24,000 nucleotides of DNA from Saccharopolyspora rhizosphaerae. Its GTDB lineage: Bacteria > Actinomycetota > Actinomycetes > Mycobacteriales > Pseudonocardiaceae. The notes beneath the pieces are model-generated. The model was not told the DNA's origin. It did no database searches and saw only the letters and a list, made by a program, of their open reading frames with translations. Made by a program: the position numbers and the translations under genes. The stretch is from NCBI RefSeq assembly GCF_003931915.1, contig NZ_RSAA01000006.1, positions 81,255 through 105,254 on the forward strand, in the 5' to 3' direction. This document shows, piece by piece, positions 17,301-24,000 of this stretch. Each line of letters starts with the position of its first letter. Positions within the stretch are counted from its first letter, which is position 1.

Positions 17301-17728
17301 TCAGCGGCGGCCACCCCGGAGCGCCACCAGCGCGGCCAGCGCGGCCAGATCCGCGGTTGCGCCAGCAACGCCCGGATCGCGGGCGTCGGAGGCTCTCCCT
17401 GCCGCGATCCGACCGTCGGAGTCCACGGTCAACCTGTCGATCACGGGGAGGCGCAGTTCCCGGTCACCGAGGTGAGCGAGCAGCACCAAGTCCACCACGA
17501 GGACCTCCCCCTCGGTCCACCACCGACGGACCTCCCCGCGGAGGTCGGGCATCAGCTCGAACAGGCGTCCGTACTCGTCGGCGAGAGCCTCACGACCTCG
17601 TCGATCCGGGAGCAGCGGTTGGTGCAGTTCCACGTCCGGGCTGAGCAAGTCGTCCCAGGCATGAGCGTCCGGCTGTGCCCACCCCCGGGCGACTGCTCGA
17701 CCACGCGCTCCGCTGCCGGGTCGACCAC
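17301..17728 (-). pseudogene. NTF2/SnoaL-like domain protein interrupted by a frameshift in a G5 run
   Basis: GTG 17728-17726 (RBS GAGAGGGAAG) opens a high-GC3 frame, VVDPAAERVVEQSPGG. The SnoaL-like body (WAQPDAHAWDDLLSPDVELHQPLLPDRRGREALADEYGRLFELMPDLRGEV...DSDGRIAAGRA) lies in the -1 frame, beginning right after the run CCCGGGGG (17682-17689). Upstream of that run, the body frame has low GC3 and no plausible start. Confidence 0.45.
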
Positions 17729-17888
17729 GGTCTTCCCTCTCACCTGCCCGCGCACGTCCCACAGGCGCAGGGAACACAGCGCCGAGCGCCACGTCAAGGT
17801 TGAACGCCCAGACCGGACGAACGCCGCGCCCCCGATCGCTGCGACCGGGGGCGCGGCGCACACCGCCACCACCCGAGGGCACGCCATC

Positions 17889-17908
17889 GCTGACGACATG
17901 TCGTCAGC
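17889..17908. repeat. 20-bp perfect palindrome GCTGACGACATGTCGTCAGC
   Basis: The sequence equals its own reverse complement. It can fold as an 8-bp stem with a CAUG loop on either strand. It lies in the non-coding stretch between the NTF2-like gene and the fusA/tuf fragments. Confidence 0.9.
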
Positions 17909-18024
17909 CTGCCGAAACACCACCCTGACCTGCGCGAACACGCACCGCCACGAAGGCGAGGCGCGACGTGGAGGGAGCGAGGGGGCGTCAACCTCGCGTG
18001 AGGACGTCGCGAGCGCTTCTGAGC

Positions 18025-18179
18025 ACGACTGCGCCGTGAGCAGCGCGGACTCGCCCGGCGTCTGGCGGGCGCCGCGTCTCGACCTGAGCAGCGGAGTCAA
18101 CAAGGTGGACAAGCTGGGTGCGGACTTCTACTTCCGGACCACGGACGTGACCGGCGTCGTGACCCTGCCCGAGGCGTGA
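18025..18179 (+). pseudogene. Chimeric gene relic: an EF-G (fusA) internal fragment fused in frame to an EF-Tu (tuf) domain-3 fragment
   Basis: Plus-strand translation gives ...[52 protein letters not shown]. The part VWR...[13 protein letters not shown] resembles actinobacterial EF-G (from memory ...[28 protein letters not shown]...). The part [16 protein letters not shown] is identical to EF-Tu (from memory ...[21 protein letters not shown]...). There is no start codon or RBS. Confidence 0.7.
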
Positions 18180-18252
18180 TCCCGGTGTAGTGCAGAACGC
18201 GCTCGGTCGTGGTGGTCCTGCCCGCATCGATGTGGGCGTCGTGGCGGAGGCG
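18178..18252 (-). pseudogene. EF-G (fusA) N-terminal G1/P-loop fragment in inverted orientation, abutting the tuf fragment
   Basis: Minus-strand translation gives RLRHDAHIDAGRTTTTERVLHYTGI, compared with EF-G from memory (K/R)(V/L)RN(I/F)GIMAHIDAGKTTTTERIL(Y/F)YTG(I/V). An in-frame TGA lies upstream at 18296-18294 and there is no start codon. Downstream the frame runs into the antisense of the tuf piece. Confidence 0.7.
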
Positions 18253-18458
18253 GGGCGCGACCCCGGTTCCCGGGCCGCGCCCCGCCTGTCGAAGTCATCC
18301 TCCCACTGCTCGTCCCTCGTGGACGCTCGTCAGCGGTCTCGATGACGACGACGTCGTACCCCTGGTGCGGAGAGTCCAGCGAAGCTGCTCCTACGAGCGC
18401 ACGCCCACCGTGGAGGAAGGCGAGCGGAACCACCCTCGCGCACAGCGGCGTTGCGGCC

Positions 18459-19307
18459 TCACCCCTTGACGGCGCCGCCGAGCTGGGCACGCACCAGGTG
18501 GCGCTGGCTGATCAGGAACACCACGGCCACCGGCACGGTCGCCACCAGCGCGATGGTGAGCTTCAGCGGCAACTGCTGCCCTTCGCCCAGCGCTCCGCCG
18601 ACGAGGCGGGCGAGCCCGACGGTCAACGTCTCGTAGCCGGGGCTGGAGGTCGACACCAGGTAGTGGGTGAACTCGTTCCACGAAGCTTGGAACGCCAGGA
18701 TGCCCAAGGTGACCACCGCCGGACGCACCATCGGCAGCACCACGCTCCACCAGCGCCGCACGACGCCCGCGCCGTCCATCTTCGCCGACTCCTCGACCTC
18801 GTGCGGGACCTGCTCGAAGGCCTGCTTCATGAGGAAGATCCCCATCGCGTCGGCCAGCAGCGGCAGGATCATCCCGGCGTAGGAGTCGAACAGCGACAGT
18901 TCCCGCAGGACGAGGAACTTCGGGATCAGCAGCACCACCGGTGGCACGGCCATGACCATCAGCACGCCGCTGAACACCGTCCCGCGGCCGCGCCAGCGCA
19001 GTCGTGCCAGCGCATAACCGGCCATCGCGTCGATCAGCAGCCGCCCGACGGTGACCGAGACCGTGACCAGCAGCGAGTTGCCCAGCCACAGCGGCACGTC
19101 CACCGCCGGGTCGGTGGCGACCCGCTCGTAGCTGCTGGTGTCGACCTGCTCGGGGATCAGCGACAGCGGGTGGGCCACCGCGTCCGCGTCCGACTTGAAC
19201 GAGGTGGCCACCTGGATGAGGAAGGGGCCCAGGTAGAGCACCGCGCCCACGACCAGCACGAGGTAGCCGAGGGCCACGCCCAGCACCCGGACTCGCTTGG
19301 TGCTCAC
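18459..19307 (-). CDS. Carbohydrate ABC transporter permease (MalG/CUT1-type)
   Basis: The ORF was trimmed to (V)STKRVRVLGVALGYLVL at GTG 19307-19305 (RBS GGGAGGAA, GTGA overlap with the upstream permease). It has six predicted hydrophobic segments and an EAA-like loop EESAKMDGAG. 282 aa. Confidence 0.9.
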   Translation of the reverse strand: MSTKRVRVLGVALGYLVLVVGAVLYLGPFLIQVATSFKSDADAVAHPLSLIPEQVDTSSYERVATDPAVDVPLWLGNSLLVTVSVTVGRLLIDAMAGYALARLRWRGRGTVFSGVLMVMAVPPVVLLIPKFLVLRELSLFDSYAGMILPLLADAMGIFLMKQAFEQVPHEVEESAKMDGAGVVRRWWSVVLPMVRPAVVTLGILAFQASWNEFTHYLVSTSSPGYETLTVGLARLVGGALGEGQQLPLKLTIALVATVPVAVVFLISQRHLVRAQLGGAVKG

Positions 19308-20398
19308 GTGTTCCTCCCATCCCGCAGCAGAACCCGCTGCAGCGCTGTGAGCCCGACGATCAACAGGAACAGCAGCAGGGCGATCGCGGCGCCGACGCCG
19401 AAGGAACCCTCGGCGAAGGACTGCTGGTACGACAGGAACGCCGGGGTCAGCGTGGTCTTCGCCGGGGCGCCCTGGCTCATCACGTAGACCTGGTCGAAGA
19501 CCTGCCAGGTGCCGATGAGCCCGAGGGTCGCGACCAGGAAGATCGTGGGCATCAGCTGCGGCACGGTGACCTTCCAGAACTTCTGCCACCAGCCCGCGCC
19601 GTCGACCAGCGCGGCTTCGGACACGTTCTCCGGCAGGTTCTGCAGCGCCGCGAGGAAGATCAGCATGTAAGTGCCCGAGGTCGTCCACACCACCAGCGCG
19701 ATGACCGTGACCAGCGCGACCGACGGCCCGGAGACCCACTCCCACAACGACAACCCGCCGAGCTCGGTCTCGGCCAGCAGCCGCGGCGGTCCGTCCAGGC
19801 CGAACAGCGCCAGCACCTCGTGCAGCACGCCGCGCGAGTCGGTGAACCAGTTCGGCCCCTGCACCCCGAAGAACTCGAGCAGCGCGTTGACCGCACCCGA
19901 GCCGGAGAACAGGAACAGGAAGATCACCGAGATCGCCACCGAGCTGGTGATCGACGGGAAGTAGAACACCGAGCGGAAGAACGCCCGCCCCCGCAGCGCC
20001 CGGTTGTTGACCACGACCGCCAGCGCCAGCGCCACCAGCGTCTGGCTGGGCACGACCAGCAGCACGAAGTACGTCGTGTTGCGCACGCTGGTCATGAAGT
20101 CGCGCCGGACCAGCCCGTCCTCGAACAGCAGCTGCCGGTAGTTGTCCCACCCCACGAACGGCGCACGGCCGGTCAGCGGGCTGTAGGTGCCGTTCCAGTC
20201 CAGCATGCTCACGTAGAAGGCCAGTCCCGCCGGGACGACCAGGAACAAGCCGATCAGCGTGATGGCCGGAGCGACGAACAGCCAGCCGGCGCCGTTCTCC
20301 CGGCGCGCCTCGGCGGTCTTCGTCCCGCCTCGGCGCGGGGGTACCGGCCCGCCGGCGGGCGGAGCCGGTCTCACCGTCGCTTCGGTCGTCGCTGTCAC
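19304..20398 (-). CDS. Carbohydrate ABC transporter permease (MalF/CUT1-type)
   Basis: 364 aa. GTG 20398-20396 overlaps the binding-protein TGA (GTGA). It has multiple TM segments and an EAA-like loop SEAALVDGAGWWQKFWKVTVP. Confidence 0.9.
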   Translation of the reverse strand: MTATTEATVRPAPPAGGPVPPRRGGTKTAEARRENGAGWLFVAPAITLIGLFLVVPAGLAFYVSMLDWNGTYSPLTGRAPFVGWDNYRQLLFEDGLVRRDFMTSVRNTTYFVLLVVPSQTLVALALAVVVNNRALRGRAFFRSVFYFPSITSSVAISVIFLFLFSGSGAVNALLEFFGVQGPNWFTDSRGVLHEVLALFGLDGPPRLLAETELGGLSLWEWVSGPSVALVTVIALVVWTTSGTYMLIFLAALQNLPENVSEAALVDGAGWWQKFWKVTVPQLMPTIFLVATLGLIGTWQVFDQVYVMSQGAPAKTTLTPAFLSYQQSFAEGSFGVGAAIALLLFLLIVGLTALQRVLLRDGRNT

Positions 20399-21624
20399 TT
20401 CGTCAACACCTGTTCGGCGCTGCGCTGCAGCTCCTGCAGGATCTTGGCGGGGTCGTCCCCGGCGGCCAGGCCCAGCACGCGGGAGTCGAAGTCGCTCTCG
20501 ACCGAGTCCCAGCCCTGGACGGTCACCTCGCCCTGGGCGTAGTCGGCGCCCACGGCGAAGCCGGTCATCTCCGGCTTGCCCTCGGTCAGCTTCGGAGCGG
20601 CCTGCTGGTGGGCGGGGTTGACGCCGACCTCGGCGGCGATGCGCTCCTGCTGCGGCTGGTCGGTGAGGAAGGCGACCAGGTCCTGGGCTGCGGCATGCTT
20701 GCTGCTGCGCTCGGGGATGCCCCAGCAGTTGGTGAACGACAAGGTCCCCTTGCCCGCCGGTCCCGCGGGCAACTCCACCGAACGCCAGCGGGCGTTCGGG
20801 TAGTCGGAGGCCAGCGCGCCGCTGGCCCAGTTGCCGTCGATGGCCATCGCGGCGTTGCCCTTGCCCAGCGCTTCACCGGCCCAGCCCGCGTCGACGTCGG
20901 CGGCGAACGCGGTGCTGCCGGACTGCAGCAGCGACTGGACGTAGCGCAGCGCCTCGAGGTTCTGCGGGGTGTCGAGGGTCGGCTTGCCGCTGCCGTCGAC
21001 GTGCCAGCCACCGGCCTGGCGCATGAAAGCACCCATGCGGTCGGCGCTGTCGTCCACGACCAGGCCCTTGCGCTCCGGGGTGGTCAGGCGCTGGGCGACC
21101 GCGGCCAGCTGCTGCCAGTCCTTCGGGACGTCGGCGTCGGTGAGGCCGGCCCGCTTCCAGGCCTCGGTGTCGATCAGCAACGCCAGCGTGGAGAAGTCCT
21201 TGGGCGCGCAGTAGAGCTTGCCGTCCCGGGTGAAGACGTCCTTCACGTTGGGGTAGAGCGAACCGGCGGTGCGCAGCTGGTGGCCGTAGGGGTGCAGGGA
21301 ACCGTTCTCGACGTAGCGACCGAGGGAGCCCGGTGCGAGGTAGAACAGGTCGGGCGGAGTCCCGCCGGCGAAGGCCTGGCCGAGCTGCTGGTCGAGCTCA
21401 GCGGCCTGCACGATCTCGACCTTGTTGCCGGTCTGCTGCGACCACGCCGCGGTCTGCTCCCGCAGCACCCGCGTCTCGGCCGTGGTGCCCGACCCGACCA
21501 GCAGCCGCAGGCTGACCGGACCGGACTCCTGCTCGGCGCCGTCGTCGAAGCCGCTCCCGCAGCCGGTCATCACCGTGGCGAGGACCGCGACCGCGGCGGC
21601 GAGCCATTTACGGTTCACTCTCAT
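20395..21624 (-). CDS. Extracellular sugar-binding lipoprotein of a CUT1 ABC transporter
   Basis: 409 aa. A signal peptide and lipobox are present (MRVNRKWLAAAVAVLATVMTGC|GS). The composition is that of a family-1 solute-binding protein. ATG 21624-21622 overlaps the lacI-family stop by 1 nt, with RBS GGAGGA. Confidence 0.9.
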   Translation of the reverse strand: MRVNRKWLAAAVAVLATVMTGCGSGFDDGAEQESGPVSLRLLVGSGTTAETRVLREQTAAWSQQTGNKVEIVQAAELDQQLGQAFAGGTPPDLFYLAPGSLGRYVENGSLHPYGHQLRTAGSLYPNVKDVFTRDGKLYCAPKDFSTLALLIDTEAWKRAGLTDADVPKDWQQLAAVAQRLTTPERKGLVVDDSADRMGAFMRQAGGWHVDGSGKPTLDTPQNLEALRYVQSLLQSGSTAFAADVDAGWAGEALGKGNAAMAIDGNWASGALASDYPNARWRSVELPAGPAGKGTLSFTNCWGIPERSSKHAAAQDLVAFLTDQPQQERIAAEVGVNPAHQQAAPKLTEGKPEMTGFAVGADYAQGEVTVQGWDSVESDFDSRVLGLAAGDDPAKILQELQRSAEQVLTK

Positions 21625-22655
21625 CAGGACTGTCCTCCGTCGTCGTTGCCGGATGAGCTGCTGGCCCGCACGATCAGCTCCGGTCGGAGCAGTTCGCCCG
21701 GTTCGCCTTCGGGGCGGTCGAGCAGGCGCACCACCCGTTCAGCGATCCGGTCGATCGGTTGGTGCAAACTCGTGAGGCCGGGGCGCACCACCGCGGCCGT
21801 CGGGCTGTCGTCGAAACCGGTCAGCGCCACGTCCAGGCCCGGGCGCACACCGCGTGCTTCCAGAGCCTCGTAGGCGCCCAGGGCGATCGCGTCGTTGGCG
21901 GCGACCAGAGCGGTGGGCCTCGGCTCGGAGTCGAGCAGGCGTCCTGCGGCTTCCCCTCGATCGCGGTGCTCGTCGGCCGACCTCGCCAACATCCGCTCGC
22001 CCGCCTCGATGCCGTGCTCGGCGCAAGCGCGGCGCCAGCCGGCCGCGCGGTCGTCGCCGACCGGGTTCCCCTCGGGCAGGCCGAGGAAGCCGATACTGGT
22101 GTGGCCCTGGGCGACCAGGTGCTCGACAGCCTGCGCGGTTCCACTCGCGCCGTCGACGTCGACCCAGGGACCGGGCTGCGGCTCGTCGCTCCAGACCCGG
22201 CCGAACGAGGCGAAGGGCACCCCCTTGTCGCGCAACCACGCGTGCCGCGGGTCGCCGGGCCGGGTGTCGCTGAGCACGAAGCCGTCGACCGCGCTGCGCG
22301 CCAGCAGGTCGTCGTAGACCGACAACCCGGCTTCGCCTTCCGGCGCGGTGAACAGCAGCAGGTGCCGACCGGTGCGCTCGACCTCGGTGGTCAGCGCTCG
22401 CAGGAACCGGTCCATGAAGACGTTGACCGAGCCGTCCTGGCGCTGGGCGACGCAGTAACCGAGCAGCCCGCTGGAGCGGGTGCGCAACCCGCGAGCTCGG
22501 GTGTCCGGGCGGTAGCCGAGCTCATCGATCACCTGCCGGACCCGCTCCAGGGTCTCCGGACGGAGCTTCTCCGGAGCGTTGAGCGCGTTCGAGACGGTCT
22601 GCCTGGAAACACCCGCGCGCTCCGCGACCTGCTCCAGCGTGGTTGCCCGCGACAC
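21624..22655 (-). CDS. LacI-family transcriptional regulator
   Basis: The start is set at GTG 22655-22653, with RBS GAAGGAG 8 nt upstream. The N-terminal HTH reads TLEQVAERAGVSRQTVSNALN...ETLERVRQVIDELGYRPD. A periplasmic-binding-protein-like sugar-binding core follows. 343 aa. Confidence 0.9.
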   Translation of the reverse strand: MSRATTLEQVAERAGVSRQTVSNALNAPEKLRPETLERVRQVIDELGYRPDTRARGLRTRSSGLLGYCVAQRQDGSVNVFMDRFLRALTTEVERTGRHLLLFTAPEGEAGLSVYDDLLARSAVDGFVLSDTRPGDPRHAWLRDKGVPFASFGRVWSDEPQPGPWVDVDGASGTAQAVEHLVAQGHTSIGFLGLPEGNPVGDDRAAGWRRACAEHGIEAGERMLARSADEHRDRGEAAGRLLDSEPRPTALVAANDAIALGAYEALEARGVRPGLDVALTGFDDSPTAAVVRPGLTSLHQPIDRIAERVVRLLDRPEGEPGELLRPELIVRASSSSGNDDGGQS

Positions 22656-22721
22656 CCCATCGACTCCTTCGAACTCGCTCTGGCTTCGCGGGGCGCGGTC
22701 GTGCAAGACTGCCCTCCGCTT

Positions 22722-22761
22722 GATGTGAACGTTCAAACGCGTCGGTTTGAACGTTCACATC
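22722..22761. promoter_or_regulatory. 40-bp perfect palindrome containing two LacI-type operators in the divergent intergenic region
   Basis: GATGTGAACGTTCAAAC (22722-22738) and its exact reverse complement GTTTGAACGTTCACATC (22745-22761) flank a 6-nt spacer. Each arm contains the self-palindromic core TGAACGTTCA (22726-22735 and 22748-22757). The core centres are 22 bp apart. A degenerate third copy TGAATGTTGA lies at 22767-22776. Confidence 0.7.
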
Positions 22762-22817
22762 GAAGGTGAATGTTGATCCCACCGTCCGCGGTTGTCAAGA
22801 AGCGATCAGGAGACCCC

Positions 22818-24000
22818 ATGCCCCACGGCAAGCAGCCCGCTCTCCACGAGCTGACTACCACGCTGTGCGCGCCGAACATCGCGCTCAGTTCGCCGTCCGG
22901 CCAGATCAGCCGTGGCGACGGCACCGGGCTGTACCGGCAGGACCGACGCAGCCTCGCCCACGCCGCGTTCGGCGTGGGCGCCGCGGAGCTGGTCCCGGTC
23001 GGCAGCGCGGCGGGCACGGGCCACACCCGTTTCCAGGGCCTGGTCCGCGGGCATGGCGACACCACACCCGACGTCGGACTGCACTACGTCCACGACCGCA
23101 CGCTGACCGCGGACGCGATGCGCGAGACCTGGACGCTGCACAACGTCTCCACCGAGTCCGTGACGGTGACCGTCACGCTCAACGCCGCCACCGACCTGGC
23201 CCGCATGGACCAGGTCAAGGGCGGGGAGCAGCCGGCCCTGCTGGACCCCTCGGCCACCGAGGCCGAGGCGGCCTGGAAGCTCGACGACTGCGAGGTGCGG
23301 CTGCGCCTGGGCTCCGCCGCCGACTCGGTCTCGGTGACCGACGGGGACATCACCTGGAGCTGGCGGGTCGAGCTGGAAGCCGCTGCGGCTCGGGCGTTCT
23401 CCTTCGAGGTCGAGCAGCACGAGACCGAGCAGGGCGGCTTCCTGCCGAAGCGACCGGAGCCCGCCGTGGGCCTCCCCCTCCCGGAGGCGGCGTCCCTCGA
23501 AGGCGATCACGGCCGGTTGCTGCGGCGCAGCCTCGCGGACCTCGACGGCCTGCAGCTCTCCGACGACGGCACGCCAGGCACCGCGTTCCTGGCCGCCGGC
23601 AGCCCGTGGTTCCTGACGCTGTTCGGCCGGGACTCCCTGCTGGCCGCCCGGCTGCTGCTGCCGCTGAGCACCGACCTTGCCGCGAGCACCTTGCGCGTCC
23701 TGGCCGCGCGGCAGGGCACCAAGCACGACCCGGACACCGAGGAGCAGCCCGGCAAGATCCCGCACGAGCAGCGGAGGGTCGCCATCGACATGGACGGCGA
23801 GAACCCGTTGCGGCTGCCCCCGCTGTACTACGGCACGATCGACGCGACCCCGCTGTGGGTGTGCCTGCTGCACGACGCGTGGCGCGCGGGCATGGCCGAA
23901 TCCGAGGTGCGCGAACTGCTCCCCGCGCTGCGAGCCGCGCTGGAGTGGGTGCGCGGGCCGGGCGACGCCGATGGCGACGGGTTCCTCGAGTACAGCGGTT
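22818..24000 (+). CDS. Amylo-alpha-1,6-glucosidase / glycogen-debranching-enzyme-like (GDE_C-type) glycoside hydrolase, 5' part (runs off the window)
   Basis: My own translation from ATG 22818 (RBS AGGAGA at 22808-22813) gives MPHGKQPALHELTTTLCAPNIALSS...FLAAGSPWFLTLFGRDSLLAARLLLP...EEQPGKIPHEQR...YYGTIDATPLWVCLLHDAWR...DGDGFLEYSG. These are motifs I associate with bacterial GDE N-terminal plus amylo-alpha-1,6-glucosidase domains. The ORF is open to the window end, so the track omits it. Confidence 0.8.
   Translation, partial: MPHGKQPALHELTTTLCAPNIALSSPSGQISRGDGTGLYRQDRRSLAHAAFGVGAAELVPVGSAAGTGHTRFQGLVRGHGDTTPDVGLHYVHDRTLTADAMRETWTLHNVSTESVTVTVTLNAATDLARMDQVKGGEQPALLDPSATEAEAAWKLDDCEVRLRLGSAADSVSVTDGDITWSWRVELEAAAARAFSFEVEQHETEQGGFLPKRPEPAVGLPLPEAASLEGDHGRLLRRSLADLDGLQLSDDGTPGTAFLAAGSPWFLTLFGRDSLLAARLLLPLSTDLAASTLRVLAARQGTKHDPDTEEQPGKIPHEQRRVAIDMDGENPLRLPPLYYGTIDATPLWVCLLHDAWRAGMAESEVRELLPALRAALEWVRGPGDADGDGFLEYSG

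Noticed and set aside
17682-17689. Programmed -1 ribosomal frameshifting at CCCGGGGG in the NTF2-like gene
   Set aside because: In the zero frame the codons are CCC GGG GGT, which does not form an X XXY YYZ slippery heptamer, and I saw no obvious downstream pseudoknot or stem. An indel (pseudogene or homopolymer read error) is the simpler explanation.
18326-18355. Minus-strand peptide GYDVVVIETAD, which resembles a GTPase G3 (hhhhDTPG) or MeaB/SRP-type motif and might be a further EF-G fragment
   Set aside because: Only about 5 of 10 residues match. The order is not colinear with the neighbouring EF-G N-terminal fragment (G3 would come before G1), and the flanking residues show no similarity. 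This is within chance expectation for GC-rich sequence.
18420-18439. Hairpin GCGAGCGGAACCACCCTCGC about 20 nt after the permease stop, considered as the ABC-operon terminator
   Set aside because: The stem is only 5 contiguous bp with mismatches beyond that, and there is no T-run. This is too weak to call.

Overview
High-GC (roughly 70%) actinobacterial chromosomal segment, almost entirely coded on the minus strand. I found no rRNA, tRNA, CRISPR array, transposase or integrase. The core (1735-16393) is a complete group 1h (formerly group 5, 'high-affinity') [NiFe]-hydrogenase locus. In transcription order it reads as follows. First hypF. Then hypC-hypD-hypE plus a 268-aa unknown. Then hhyS-hhyL, a NifU/Rieske-like protein (HhyE-like), three conserved unknowns (227, 216, 464 aa), the maturation endopeptidase, and a 40-aa membrane ORF absent from the ORF track. 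Then a second hypC, hypA and hypB. Seven genes from hhyL to the mini-ORF are joined by six consecutive 4-nt ATGA/GTGA stop-start overlaps. To the left lie an FMO-type flavin monooxygenase and a 5'-partial bile-acid:sodium-symporter-family gene. To the right lie a T4-endonuclease-V-like glycosylase gene and an NTF2/SnoaL-like gene broken by a frameshift in a G5 run. Next comes a roughly 230-bp non-coding mosaic of short, nearly exact fragments of the translation-factor genes fusA and tuf, including a fusA'-'tuf junction at a shared Phe-Tyr-Phe microhomology. Beyond that is a LacI-led CUT1 sugar ABC operon (lacI, binding protein, two permeases, no ATPase). It faces a divergent amylo-alpha-1,6-glucosidase-type gene across a 40-bp perfect palindrome carrying two LacI-type operators. 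Many long plus-strand ORFs in the track are GC-driven shadow ORFs. The ORF track prints GTG starts as M, so several starts were re-set using homologous N-termini, RBS position and stop-start overlaps. The most promising leads are the uncharacterised coupled genes and mini-ORF inside the hydrogenase operon, and the fusA/tuf fragment mosaic.
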